From positions 544,001 to 608,000 of the forward strand of contig CAVSHR010000012.1 in NCBI GenBank assembly GCA_963727625.1: 64,000 bases of DNA. Direction: 5' to 3'. Source of the DNA: an uncultured delta proteobacterium. Its GTDB lineage: Bacteria > Desulfobacterota > Binatia > UBA9968. Positions 12,752-21,866 of the stretch are shown here, piece by piece. The position numbers and the translations under genes were made by a program. The notes beneath the pieces were generated by a model. It was not told where the DNA came from, did not search any database, and saw nothing but the letters and a program-made list of their open reading frames with translations. Position 1 is the stretch's first letter. Each line of letters begins with the position of its first letter.

Positions 12752-13147
12752 GTGCGCGTGCTGCTCGACACTCACGTCCTCCTCTGGTGGTTCTCCGACG
12801 ACCGCAAGCTTGCGAAGGACGCGCGGGCTATCATTGCCAATCCCGACAACGACGTGCTCGTGAGCGCGGCGTCGGCTTGGGAAATATCGATCAAAGCGGC
12901 GCTAGGTCGGCTCGAAATTGAATTGGATGACCTGGAAGATGCAATCTTAAAAAACGGTTTTCGGCCGCTACCGATCGGGTTGCGCCATGCCGTAACTGCC
13001 GGTCGTCTGCCCAATATACACCGTGATCCCTTCGATCGGATGCTCGTTGCTCAGGCCAGTATCGAGGAACTGCGAGTGGTTTCTCACGACCGGGTGTTCG
13101 AGCGTTACGGACTCAAGGATGGGGGATTGCCACCGATCATAGTGTGA
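12752..13147 (+). CDS. vapC: VapC/PIN-domain toxin
   Basis: LLDTHVLLW, SAASAWEISIK, HRDPFDRMLVAQA. Confidence 0.93.
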   Translation: MRVLLDTHVLLWWFSDDRKLAKDARAIIANPDNDVLVSAASAWEISIKAALGRLEIELDDLEDAILKNGFRPLPIGLRHAVTAGRLPNIHRDPFDRMLVAQASIEELRVVSHDRVFERYGLKDGGLPPIIV

Positions 13148-13157
13148 ATCGTACCGA

Positions 13158-13241
13158 AACTTTGCGCCTTGGCGTCTTCGCGGCAGAATATTCTTTTCCC
13201 GGATTCAGATGATCTCCCGCCAGGGCGCAAAGACGCCAAGG
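13158..13241. repeat. Right arm closing the TA segment, followed by a further left arm
   Basis: aactttgcgccttggcgtcttcgcggcagaatattctt (13158..13195) then ctcccgccagggcgcaaagacgccaagg (about 13214..13241). Confidence 0.85.
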
Positions 13242-13424
13242 TAGGAATTAACCCAAAACCGACAATAAAAACGGAAGTCCATCATCCTGAATGAATCAAT
13301 GCGTGAGCAGTTCAAAACTTCACTGATTGTGAGCAACTCGATGGACCGGAGAATTGTTAAAATACCAATGGTAAAGTTCCATGCAATTGCCAAATTATTG
13401 TCGGTTTAGGGTTAACGATTTCTT

Positions 13425-14537
13425 TTAGTGATGTGCGGCCTGTTCGTCCAAAGACAGATTGACGTAATGGTGTGACTTCGAGACCGCGCCGATGCCTTTG
13501 ACGATTGTCTGCCAGTGCTCGCCCTCATCCTCGCTGTAAAAAACATCGCCGTCGGTGGTGCCGGCGAAAATCGCATAACCGCCATTCCACACATCCATCG
13601 CCATGCCTTCGATGTTGGCGCGGATGTGTTCCGGTAGTCCCCCGGTCAAAATATCCCAACTCTTGCCGCCGTCGCGGCTGCGCGCGATGCGCGCGTCGGC
13701 GGTGTGGAGCTTTCGCCACGTGCCTGGACCGGTCTTGGCGCCGGCGACGTAAAGCAAATTCGGATCGCCGGGATGAACGAAGAACGGATCGACGTAGCCG
13801 ATACGGAAATCGCGCGGCGTCATGCTCTGCCAAGTTGCGCCGCCGTCGCTGCTGACGCAGAATCCCGCCGGCGTTTCCGGCCCGCAGTTGGTCGTCGGCG
13901 CGGTGCCGTAAAGCTTGCTCGGATCGTTGGTGGGAATTAATACGCGGTGGGCGTCGGGGTTGATGCTATCGATGGTCGTCCAGGATTTGCCGCCGTCGGT
14001 GCTGCGCAAAAAACCGCCGACTTCGACGGCGACGTGAATGATGTTTGGATCTTTCGGATGGAAAGTGATGCTCTTCGCGTGCGCCTGATGCGGCGGGCCG
14101 GGGAAGGTCCATTTTTCCACCCCCGGCACCTGGCGCAACCCCGGCAACTCGGTCCAACTCTTGCCGAGATCGTCGCTGTAAAACAAGTGCGCCGGCTGGG
14201 TGCCGGCGTAGACGCGCGGCTTGCCGTTTACAACTTGAGTGGCCAGCGAATAAATCTCCTTGTCGCCGATGCCGTTATCGCGCCGCTCCCAGGTCTTGCC
14301 GAGATCCGAACTGGCGTAAATCTCACAACTATAGGTTCCGCCGAACAACGTCTTGGTCGTGGGCTCGAAGATAATCGAGCTGAAATGTTTTCCCGGGACC
14401 ATGGTTCCCTGGCCCTCCCAGGAGCCGTTGCGTTTTTGAAATGCGAAGATGCCGCCGACGGTACCGACGAGCAATTTATCTTTTGCAGTCTCGCCCTGAG
14501 TGAGCGACTGCCCTCCGGGGGACAAACATATAAACAT
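13425..14537 (-). CDS. BNR/Asp-box repeat beta-propeller protein
   Basis: Six S-x-D-x-G-x-(T/S/H)-W Asp-boxes. Confidence 0.88.
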   Translation of the reverse strand: MFICLSPGGQSLTQGETAKDKLLVGTVGGIFAFQKRNGSWEGQGTMVPGKHFSSIIFEPTTKTLFGGTYSCEIYASSDLGKTWERRDNGIGDKEIYSLATQVVNGKPRVYAGTQPAHLFYSDDLGKSWTELPGLRQVPGVEKWTFPGPPHQAHAKSITFHPKDPNIIHVAVEVGGFLRSTDGGKSWTTIDSINPDAHRVLIPTNDPSKLYGTAPTTNCGPETPAGFCVSSDGGATWQSMTPRDFRIGYVDPFFVHPGDPNLLYVAGAKTGPGTWRKLHTADARIARSRDGGKSWDILTGGLPEHIRANIEGMAMDVWNGGYAIFAGTTDGDVFYSEDEGEHWQTIVKGIGAVSKSHHYVNLSLDEQAAHH

Positions 14538-14786
14538 GGCCTCGCCTCCTTTCCTGGTTAAAAACGCCCGTGTTTCTTTGATGAAGTCCTTCGATACTGC
14601 GCTGGAGGATTACTCTACTTAACCATTGACTGGCTCGTCAAGATGGTCGCGGGTGACTCTGATTTTGTCGACCCGCCGGCGGTGAGCCTGGGGGGGACGT
14701 TCGTTGTTGCGGGAACCTTTCTCGCCGGGCTCCGTCTAATCCAGCCAAGTGTGCATCATACGCGGTAACGGAGCGTAATCCCGGCG

Positions 14787-15683
14787 ATGTCAAAGCTCGC
14801 TTCACATAGTTTCTTACAGCCTTTTCCCCAAGATCCGCGCTACTACCAGATCGCCGTCCTATCCTCGCTGGTGATCTTCAGCGTCGGCTGGCTCGGCTTC
14901 GACGCGAATGGTTGGCAAATCTTTATTCTGTTGATTTCGGCGCTGCTCGCCCAATTTGCCTGCACCGCGCTGACGGGCGCAAAAAAGTTCGATCCCAAGA
15001 GTCCGCTGATTTCCGGTCTTTCGCTTTGCTTGTTGCTGCGGGCCAACCATCCCTTGCTGCTGATGATAACGGCCATCGTGACCATCGGCAGTAAATTCAT
15101 TTTCCAGTGCAACGGCAAGCATCTTTTCAATCCGACCAATTTCGGCATCGTCGTCATGCTCGCCCTCGGCGCCGACGTTTGGGTTTCTCCGGGGCAATGG
15201 GGCAGTAAATTTTATTTTGCTTTCCTCCTGGCCTGCCTGGGCGGCATGGTGATCCATCGCGCCCTGCGCAGCGACGTGAGCTATGCCTTTCTGTTTTTTT
15301 TCAGCGCGATCTTGTTCGGCAGAGCCTGGTGGCTCGGCGATCCCTGGACGATTCCGCTCAAACAGCTGCAAAGCGGCGCCCTGCTTCTCTTCACGTTTTT
15401 TATGATTTCCGACCCCAAAACCACGCCCGATTCGCGCGCCGGGAGAATTCTGTTCGCCTCGCTCGTCGCCGCCGGCGCCGCCTACGTGCAGTTCGGCCTG
15501 TTCCACACCAACGGCCTGCTCTGGTCGCTGGCGCTTTGTTCGCTGGCAACGCCGCTGCTCGACTTCTTTCTGCCCGGAACAAAATATCGGTGGAGTGTGT
15601 CTGAGCCATCGTTGACGGCAAAAGGAGATGCTCATGAAGAAGATCGTTTTATCGCTCACCCTGCTGTTCGCCCTGTCGGTTAA
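14787..15683 (+). CDS. NqrB/RnfD-family membrane protein
   Basis: GKHLFNPTNFG, FFMISDPKTTP, many hydrophobic segments. Confidence 0.8.
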   Translation: MSKLASHSFLQPFPQDPRYYQIAVLSSLVIFSVGWLGFDANGWQIFILLISALLAQFACTALTGAKKFDPKSPLISGLSLCLLLRANHPLLLMITAIVTIGSKFIFQCNGKHLFNPTNFGIVVMLALGADVWVSPGQWGSKFYFAFLLACLGGMVIHRALRSDVSYAFLFFFSAILFGRAWWLGDPWTIPLKQLQSGALLLFTFFMISDPKTTPDSRAGRILFASLVAAGAAYVQFGLFHTNGLLWSLALCSLATPLLDFFLPGTKYRWSVSEPSLTAKGDAHEEDRFIAHPAVRPVG

Positions 15684-17010
15684 AGCGCAACCGGCGTTTA
15701 GCTTCTGCGGCTTTTACGTCGCCAAGGCCGACACCAAGATTTTTAACAAGGCGTCGCAAGTCGTGCTCGTGCGCCAGGACGACAAAACTGTGATTACGAT
15801 GGTCAACGATTTCAAGGGTGACCCGAAGGAATTCGCCGTCGTCATTCCGGTGCCGACGCTTGTCGAACGAGCGCAGATCCACGTCGGCGAAAAGAAGGTA
15901 ATCGATCATCTCGACGCCTACACCTCGCCGCGTCTAGTGGAGTATTTCGACGGCAGTCCTTGCGAGCTGCGGGTCTTGCGCGAGCAGATGAAGCTGGGCG
16001 CGGCGATGCCGTCGTCCAAAGCGGCGGATCGCGCTCGAGCCGACGCTCTCGGCGTCACCGTTCAAGCGCAATATACCGTCGGCGAATACGACATCGTCAT
16101 TCTCTCCGCCAAACAGGGCCGAGGTCTGGAAACCTGGCTCAAGGAGAACGGTTATCGTCTCCCCAAGGGCGCGTCGGAAGTGCTCGGCAGTTACATCAAA
16201 CAAAAGATGCACTTCTTCATCGCCAAGGTGAATTTGAAAGAACAGTCGCGCCTCGGCTTCCATTCGCTGCGACCCATCCAGGTCGCTTATGAATCGCCCA
16301 AGTTCATGTTGCCGCTGCGCCTGGGCACGCTCAACGCCGACGGCTACCAGGAGCTTTTCATTTATACGCTAACCCGAAGAGGACGCGTCGAGCCGACCAA
16401 CTATCGCGCGATCAAATTGCCGACGGGGATGGGTTTGCCGATCTACATCAAGACGCGCTTCAAAGATTTTTATCGCGACATGTTCGAGCAGCAGGTCGAG
16501 CGCGCCGACATGCGCGCGGTCTTCACCGAATACGCCTGGGACATGAACTGGTGCGATCCCTGCGCGGCCGAACCGCTCTCTCATGAAGAACTTCGCGGCC
16601 TTGGCGTCTTCTGGCTCAACGAAACGCGGCCGGAAGCCGTACCGGGTCGCGGGCGCCGTCCCATCCTGCCTCCGGCGGGCGCTGCCCGCGACGTCTTTGT
16701 CACGCGCCTGCACGTGCGCTACGACGCGCAGCATTTCCCTGAAGATTTGATTCTCCAGGAGACCGCGGATCGAAATAATTTTCAGGCCCGCTACGTCTTG
16801 CGCCATCCGTGGAAAGGCGCGGATTCGGCTTGCCCGGCGACGGAGGAATACCGCCGCCAGGTTTTACGGCGCCAGGAAAACGAAGCGCGCCAGCTCGCCA
16901 ATCTGACCGGCTGGGAAATCGATCAAATCCGCGCCGAGATGAAACTGAGCGGGCGGAACCCGGCCGACCACGGCAAAAGCGCTTGGTGGAAAAAATTATG
17001 GAACCGGTAG
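15628..17010 (+). CDS. DUF2330-like exported protein
   Basis: Signal peptide then FCGFYVAKAD; VGEYDIVILSA, MLPLRL, EYAWDM, CDPC. Confidence 0.8.
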   Translation: MLMKKIVLSLTLLFALSVKAQPAFSFCGFYVAKADTKIFNKASQVVLVRQDDKTVITMVNDFKGDPKEFAVVIPVPTLVERAQIHVGEKKVIDHLDAYTSPRLVEYFDGSPCELRVLREQMKLGAAMPSSKAADRARADALGVTVQAQYTVGEYDIVILSAKQGRGLETWLKENGYRLPKGASEVLGSYIKQKMHFFIAKVNLKEQSRLGFHSLRPIQVAYESPKFMLPLRLGTLNADGYQELFIYTLTRRGRVEPTNYRAIKLPTGMGLPIYIKTRFKDFYRDMFEQQVERADMRAVFTEYAWDMNWCDPCAAEPLSHEELRGLGVFWLNETRPEAVPGRGRRPILPPAGAARDVFVTRLHVRYDAQHFPEDLILQETADRNNFQARYVLRHPWKGADSACPATEEYRRQVLRRQENEARQLANLTGWEIDQIRAEMKLSGRNPADHGKSAWWKKLWNR

Positions 17011-17043
17011 CTTTGGCTTGAAACAAGTGGTGGGAGGAGAAAT

Positions 17044-17081
17044 ACGTCGAGGCCCGGCCTTACTATGCCGAGCCTCGACGT
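17044..17081. terminator. Hairpin between convergent genes
   Basis: acgtcgaggc...gcctcgacgt stem. Confidence 0.55.
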
Positions 17082-17128
17082 CTTGGGTCAACTATTTGCT
17101 TTAATCGCTTCGGGTTATTTTAAAAGTC

Positions 17129-17803
17129 TCAAAGCGGTTCGAGATACAAACCGATGGCACGGATCACAATCTGATCGATGATATTGCCAAAGGTTACTCC
17201 GATATTGAGACGCACAGGCCCGTTGAGCGGATCTACAGCCGTTGCTGCGGGCGTGCTGTCCACACAGACGGCGATTGTGCTCGTCTGATCTGTGGGATCG
17301 GTCAAGACGGGGGTGGCGATCCCTGGAGCCGTCAACTGCGATAGGTTGATGGAGCTAATGAAAGTCCCTATGGCCGACGACTGGTAACAAACATTGACCT
17401 TGGCAATTTTGTAACCGGGGGGCACCTGAAGCCCCATCTCTAAGCCCTTGTCGGCAATGGGTACGAGCGCGGTCGTCTGAATGAGCAAGCCGCTCGCTCC
17501 CGCCAGCGGTGCGGTCGCCTGCGACGCAGTCACTAGATCCGCGGGATCTGCCATCAGTCCAAGATGGTTGATCCATAGAAGGTTAGCCTGCGGCGCGAGC
17601 TGGTCGATTTGCGATTGTAATTCACCGACAGTCGTATTTAATTGGTTAATTTGGCTCTGCAACGATGCCAGCGGATTTCCGGGCCCATCTGGTAAACCGG
17701 ACTTACCCCGTTTCTTGGCCAGCGCGGTGTCGACGCTGGCGCTGGAAAGCAACAGCCCCCCAACCAAGGCCGCTGCATAGAAGCCTCTCAGCACTTTATT
17801 CAT
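17129..17803 (-). CDS. Hypothetical secreted protein with a short coiled coil
   Basis: Signal peptide, GGGGGA-type RBS, Q/L heptads followed by a beta-rich domain. Confidence 0.7.
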   Translation of the reverse strand: MNKVLRGFYAAALVGGLLLSSASVDTALAKKRGKSGLPDGPGNPLASLQSQINQLNTTVGELQSQIDQLAPQANLLWINHLGLMADPADLVTASQATAPLAGASGLLIQTTALVPIADKGLEMGLQVPPGYKIAKVNVCYQSSAIGTFISSINLSQLTAPGIATPVLTDPTDQTSTIAVCVDSTPAATAVDPLNGPVRLNIGVTFGNIIDQIVIRAIGLYLEPL

Positions 17804-17879
17804 TTGTTATCCCCCCTATGTTTTTTATTTTTGTCACCCGACTCGGCGTGATGCCGAACCGACAACATCCACGTCTTTA

Positions 17880-17896
17880 CGCAAAGGATATACCGA
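17880..17896 (-). promoter_or_regulatory. Possible sigma-54 -24/-12 promoter
   Basis: Minus strand tcGGtatatcctttGCg (GG-N10-GC with TTGC), about 75 bp upstream of 17803. Confidence 0.35.
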
Positions 17897-18228
17897 TCGG
17901 CACGAGGTTAACGACCGCTTCAAGTGCCTTAGCACATCACGCTATAGAATGGTCTTAATAAGCAAAGAAACGTAATTTTGGGACTGTGGCTTGATGCGGA
18001 ATGAGCGCTTTACCGGTCTCGGCCTAACCCATGAAACGGCCATGGATGGCCAATGGGATCGACCATCGATACATTTTTGTCCGTTCCGCGGTTGATGAGA
18101 CAATTGGGACCGGCTAATTTTGAACGTCTCATCGGGCCAGCGTCCTCGACAGACGATTGACAATCTTCTTGCGAAAGAAATCGGCAGCCTCGCTCAAGCG
18201 TCTTGAGACAAGCATCACGCGTGAAAGC

Positions 18229-18747
18229 TCACGAGGCCTTCCTCGTGACGTTGGATTGCGGCCCGCGACCGATCAGCATGCCCCTGACAAAAAGCTGCAA
18301 ACGTTCCCGTTCGCTTTCCTGCCACCGAAGAAACTCCACGCCGGCACTGCCGCGGCTCAGGTTGCGCACAACGGCGGCGTCGACAGTCACCGGCGGCAAG
18401 TCAGCCGAGATTTTCAGATCGATCTGTAAAACCGTGCCGAGTCCGAGATCGGCATCGGTTTTGAATCTGCAGCCGCCCATCGAAACGTTGAGCAGCAAGC
18501 CTTCGCCGGCAACATCCTGACCATGGAATGAAACCGGGAATTGCACTTCCATACGGTCATAGTCGCGCCGGTCTTCCTCGACTCTGGTGTAGCGTACGCC
18601 CCATTGAAAATCGCGGAAGCGTTCGCCGCAGAGTTGGCATTTGAAAGGATAAACATAGAACAGACTAAAAAGCATTTCGGGCAAGCCCGCTCTCGGCACG
18701 CGCCGGATGAAATCCCGCACGCAGTTGGGACATTTGATGTCGGCCAT
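18229..18747 (-). CDS. PilZ-domain protein with N-terminal zinc ribbon
   Basis: CPNC...CQLC; RRDYDR and NVSMGG PilZ motifs; start taken at MADIKC. Confidence 0.85.
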   Translation of the reverse strand: MADIKCPNCVRDFIRRVPRAGLPEMLFSLFYVYPFKCQLCGERFRDFQWGVRYTRVEEDRRDYDRMEVQFPVSFHGQDVAGEGLLLNVSMGGCRFKTDADLGLGTVLQIDLKISADLPPVTVDAAVVRNLSRGSAGVEFLRWQESERERLQLFVRGMLIGRGPQSNVTRKAS

Positions 18748-18755
18748 CGAATCTC

Positions 18756-18869
18756 TTACCTCAGTTCGTCTTGCGGCTTGATCCGCGTGCTCATGAACGC
18801 CGCCATTTCCGGCACCGACTCGACGATATGGCCGTCGCAATCGACGACCGAATAATTATCGTACGACAT
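18756..18869 (-). pseudogene. 37-aa N-terminal stub of an amidohydrolase-family protein
   Basis: GGAGGG RBS then MSYDNYSVVDCDGHIVESVPEMAAFM...; compare VIDADTHVDE of 47150..48214. Confidence 0.65.
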
Positions 18870-19120
18870 AATTCCCTCCGTCTTCGCTCTTCACGCATAA
18901 AAGTCCGGCCATCTTAAAACGGACATGGTGCCGGCGGCAAGAGCTGGTCCCATAGTGGGCTGGTTCATTTTCGCTAAACGTTCTCGGTTTGATCAGGATG
19001 ACAAACTGGCAAGCTATCATTTCGAGCTCTTCGGGGACGCTCAGGGTTGACTCCGCGAGGAATCTTTCTTCTTGCGCAAGATCGCCTTGGAACCGAACTG
19101 AACAACTACCGGGTGCGTTG

Positions 19121-19681
19121 CTAGTCTTTGAACCGCTCGACCCATCTGGCGAAAGCGTCGAGGAACCTCTTGACATGCTGGCGGGTGTTTTCGTCGGTCA
19201 ACTTCGCCGACCCATCGAACAGCGGCGCCGCCGAGGGAATCTTGATCTCCGGTTGGGACATCACATAGGTGTCGGTAAAGACAAAGGACTGGCGCAGCGC
19301 GTGTTGCGCGCGAATCGTGCCGCCGAGACCCGGCGAGCAGCCCATCAGCGCCGCCGGCCTGCGGTTGAGCACGCACTTGCCGCTCGGCCGCGATGCCCAG
19401 TCGATGGCGTTTTTCAAAACCCCTGGCACGCCGTAATTATATTCCGGCGTGACGATCAACATGGCGTCAGCGCCGCCGATGAAGGCTTTCATATCCGCCA
19501 CCGGCGTCGGATCGCCTTTCTGAAAAACATCGTCGTTGTACGGCGGGATTTCGCCCAACCGAGTGTAAATCGCAATCTCCATCCCCGCCGGCGCCAGCTC
19601 CACCGCCGCCCGCAACAAGCCCTTGTTGAGCGAACCTTCTCTCAAACTGCCCGCAATCGCCGCAACTCGAATCGCCATCAA
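19121..19681 (-). CDS. NADPH-dependent FMN reductase (ChrR-like)
   Basis: GSLREGSLN, TPEYNYGVPGVLKNAIDWASR. Confidence 0.93.
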   Translation of the reverse strand: MMAIRVAAIAGSLREGSLNKGLLRAAVELAPAGMEIAIYTRLGEIPPYNDDVFQKGDPTPVADMKAFIGGADAMLIVTPEYNYGVPGVLKNAIDWASRPSGKCVLNRRPAALMGCSPGLGGTIRAQHALRQSFVFTDTYVMSQPEIKIPSAAPLFDGSAKLTDENTRQHVKRFLDAFARWVERFKD

Positions 19682-19709
19682 ACCTCCAATAAAAAATGTT
19701 AGTTGAGAT

Positions 19710-19739
19710 TTTATAAGGTGCGGATGGCGGCGACGTCAA
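19710..19739 (-). promoter_or_regulatory. Possible sigma-70 promoter of the FMN reductase gene
   Basis: TTGACG-N18-TATAAA on the minus strand. Confidence 0.4.
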
Positions 19740-19766
19740 GCAGGGTCGAAAATGATTCGTAAGAAA

Positions 19767-20144
19767 GTTCAAGGCTTCAAGGTTCAAGGTCGGATCTTAG
19801 GCCAGTAGACCCGTGGGATGGGTTGAGCGCCCCGGTGCCCATTTTCTCCCATCCACCGTTACAACGATGAGTATCGTCGCAAAGCGCCACCTCCCGTCGT
19901 AGGCGGCGAGCGCACCCTATGACTCATTCCTGAAACGGCAGGCGAATCGGGCAAGATTTCTCGCGGAAGCCACGGCGAGCATCGCAATTAGGCTCACAAT
20001 AATGAAGTATTGCGCCCGTAGCCCGTAACAAAGCGAGGGATCTCGAACGACCCGACGCGCACCACTGGGATTTTTCCGGTTGAACCTTTGAACTCTTGAA
20101 CCTTGAACGAATCAAAGTCTTAGACCAATGGAACGATTTGAACT
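19767..20144. repeat. Inverted GTTCAA(G/A) heptamer arms around a non-coding, hairpin-rich spacer
   Basis: gttcaaggcttcaaggttcaagg ... ttgaacctttgaactcttgaaccttgaac. Confidence 0.7.
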
Positions 20145-20150
20145 TTCTTC

Positions 20151-20639
20151 CTAATTGAGATACCCGCTGCCGCCGCCTTCGGCTTCTGCCAGCGCGAGAT
20201 TGTGCCGCACTGCATCGAGATGCGGATGAATTTCCAGCGCGCGGCGAAAACAGACCGCCGCTTCGCGGGTTTCGTTTAACGTCATATGGCAAAGCCCCTG
20301 GCCCGACGCCGCGCCGAAGTGATTGAGATTGCGCGCCAGCGTTTGCCGGCAGTCGGCGATCGAGCCGCGAAAGTCCCGGCGCAGGTAACGCACGGTCGCG
20401 CGCTTGTTCCAGCCTTCGGCGAACTCCGGTTGCCCCTCGATCACGCGGGTAAAAAACTCTTCCGACTCTTCGAGCCGGCGATTCTGCAGCGCCTCGACCC
20501 CGGCGCGAAACAACCGATCGGTCTCAGGATCCCCCGAACGGTACCAGCCGCTCCAGAGAATCGCCTCCGCCGTCGCGGCAAGCTCGGGATCGTCGCCTTT
20601 CAATGCTTCAAGCGCTTCTTTCTCGTTGGTAGGATACAT
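20151..20639 (-). CDS. Tetratricopeptide repeat protein
   Basis: PEFAEGWNKRATVRY, HFGAASGQGLC, ALEIHP. Confidence 0.85.
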   Translation of the reverse strand: MYPTNEKEALEALKGDDPELAATAEAILWSGWYRSGDPETDRLFRAGVEALQNRRLEESEEFFTRVIEGQPEFAEGWNKRATVRYLRRDFRGSIADCRQTLARNLNHFGAASGQGLCHMTLNETREAAVCFRRALEIHPHLDAVRHNLALAEAEGGGSGYLN

Positions 20640-20654
20640 TTGTTGATGAAACCC

Positions 20655-20797
20655 GTTCCAAGTTCAACGTTTAAAGTTCAAGGTCCGGTCCAAGAAACGC
20701 GCCTGTGAGCTCCCTCGGCTTACCCAACCGTACTCCTTAGTTTCAAAGCTTGGACCCAAACCGTCTGGCTTTAAACGTTGGACCTGGAACCTTGAAC
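20655..20797. repeat. Inverted GTTCAA heptamer arms
   Basis: gttccaagttcaacgtttaaagttcaagg ... tttaaacgttggacctggaaccttgaac. Confidence 0.7.
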
Positions 20798-20800
20798 GAT

Positions 20801-21481
20801 TCATGCATTTTTTCTAATCCACCCTGCCGCCTTTTCGACCAGCGCGTCGAGGGCTTCCTCATCCGAGCGCTTGGCGCTCTTCAACATATGAAACGAATGA
20901 TCGCCGCCTTCGACGACGAATAACTCGGCGCGCTTGCCTACTTTAGCGCACAGCGGCTTGAGCAGTTTGAGCTCCGCGAGCGCGTCGCGCGAGCCTTGCA
21001 GAAAGAGCACGGGAATCTGGACGTCGATTAAATGCTGGCCGCGCTCCGCAGCCGGCCTTCCCGCCGCATGCAAAGGAAACCCGAAGAAAATCAAGCCGCG
21101 CACGCCGTCGAGGGGTTGTTTCGCCGCCGCCAGCGAAGTCATGCGCCCGCCCATCGATTTCCCACCGGCGAACAGCGGCAAATCGCCCGCGACTTTTTTC
21201 GCGGCGGCAACCGCAGCGCGCACGGTGTCGGTAAGCACGGCTTCCGTGTCCGGCCGCTTCGTGCGTTTTTCCATATAGGGAAACTGATAGCGCAGTGTGG
21301 CGACACCGCGCTCCCCAAGTTTCACTGCCGCGTCCTCCATAAATCTGTGGCGCATCCCCGCGCCCGCGCCGTGCGCCAGCAGGAGCATCGCGCGCGCCTC
21401 GACGGGGTTTATCAATAGCCCCGAAACCACACCGGCCTTTTCATTGACCGCGAACTGAACATCCTTGGCGACTTTGCTCAT
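20801..21481 (-). CDS. Alpha/beta hydrolase (KANL3/Tex30-like)
   Basis: LAHGAGAGM, GGKSMGG nucleophile, QGSRD, GGDHSF. Confidence 0.88.
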   Translation of the reverse strand: MSKVAKDVQFAVNEKAGVVSGLLINPVEARAMLLLAHGAGAGMRHRFMEDAAVKLGERGVATLRYQFPYMEKRTKRPDTEAVLTDTVRAAVAAAKKVAGDLPLFAGGKSMGGRMTSLAAAKQPLDGVRGLIFFGFPLHAAGRPAAERGQHLIDVQIPVLFLQGSRDALAELKLLKPLCAKVGKRAELFVVEGGDHSFHMLKSAKRSDEEALDALVEKAAGWIRKNA

Positions 21482-21866
21482 CCTGTAATTTCGTCCAATC
21501 AGTAAATTACGTTGCCGACCGTTCTCTCTGTCCGATAGCAGATTATCGACCTATCCACCACTGCCAAAAGCAGGATTTCCGCGTTGAGCGAAACCGAAAG
21601 AATCGGCCACACTCGCATGAGTGGAAGTTACCTTGATCCTGCTTTACGGTCCTCGCCTCGTCGTCTTACGAACCAGCCGCGCGAAGAATTCAATTTTCAT
21701 CGAAAGTTTTCACAACCGTTGAGAGAACGGATTCCATCGGCACGCCCGACCTTGCGATGGCGAGGCAACGGTAAGTGCGCGCCTTTATTTCTTCACCCTT
21801 GACGCTTCTACGGTAGAAATCCCGATGCGGTGGGGATTCACAAGGGCTTGATTCCGGCGGCCGAGG

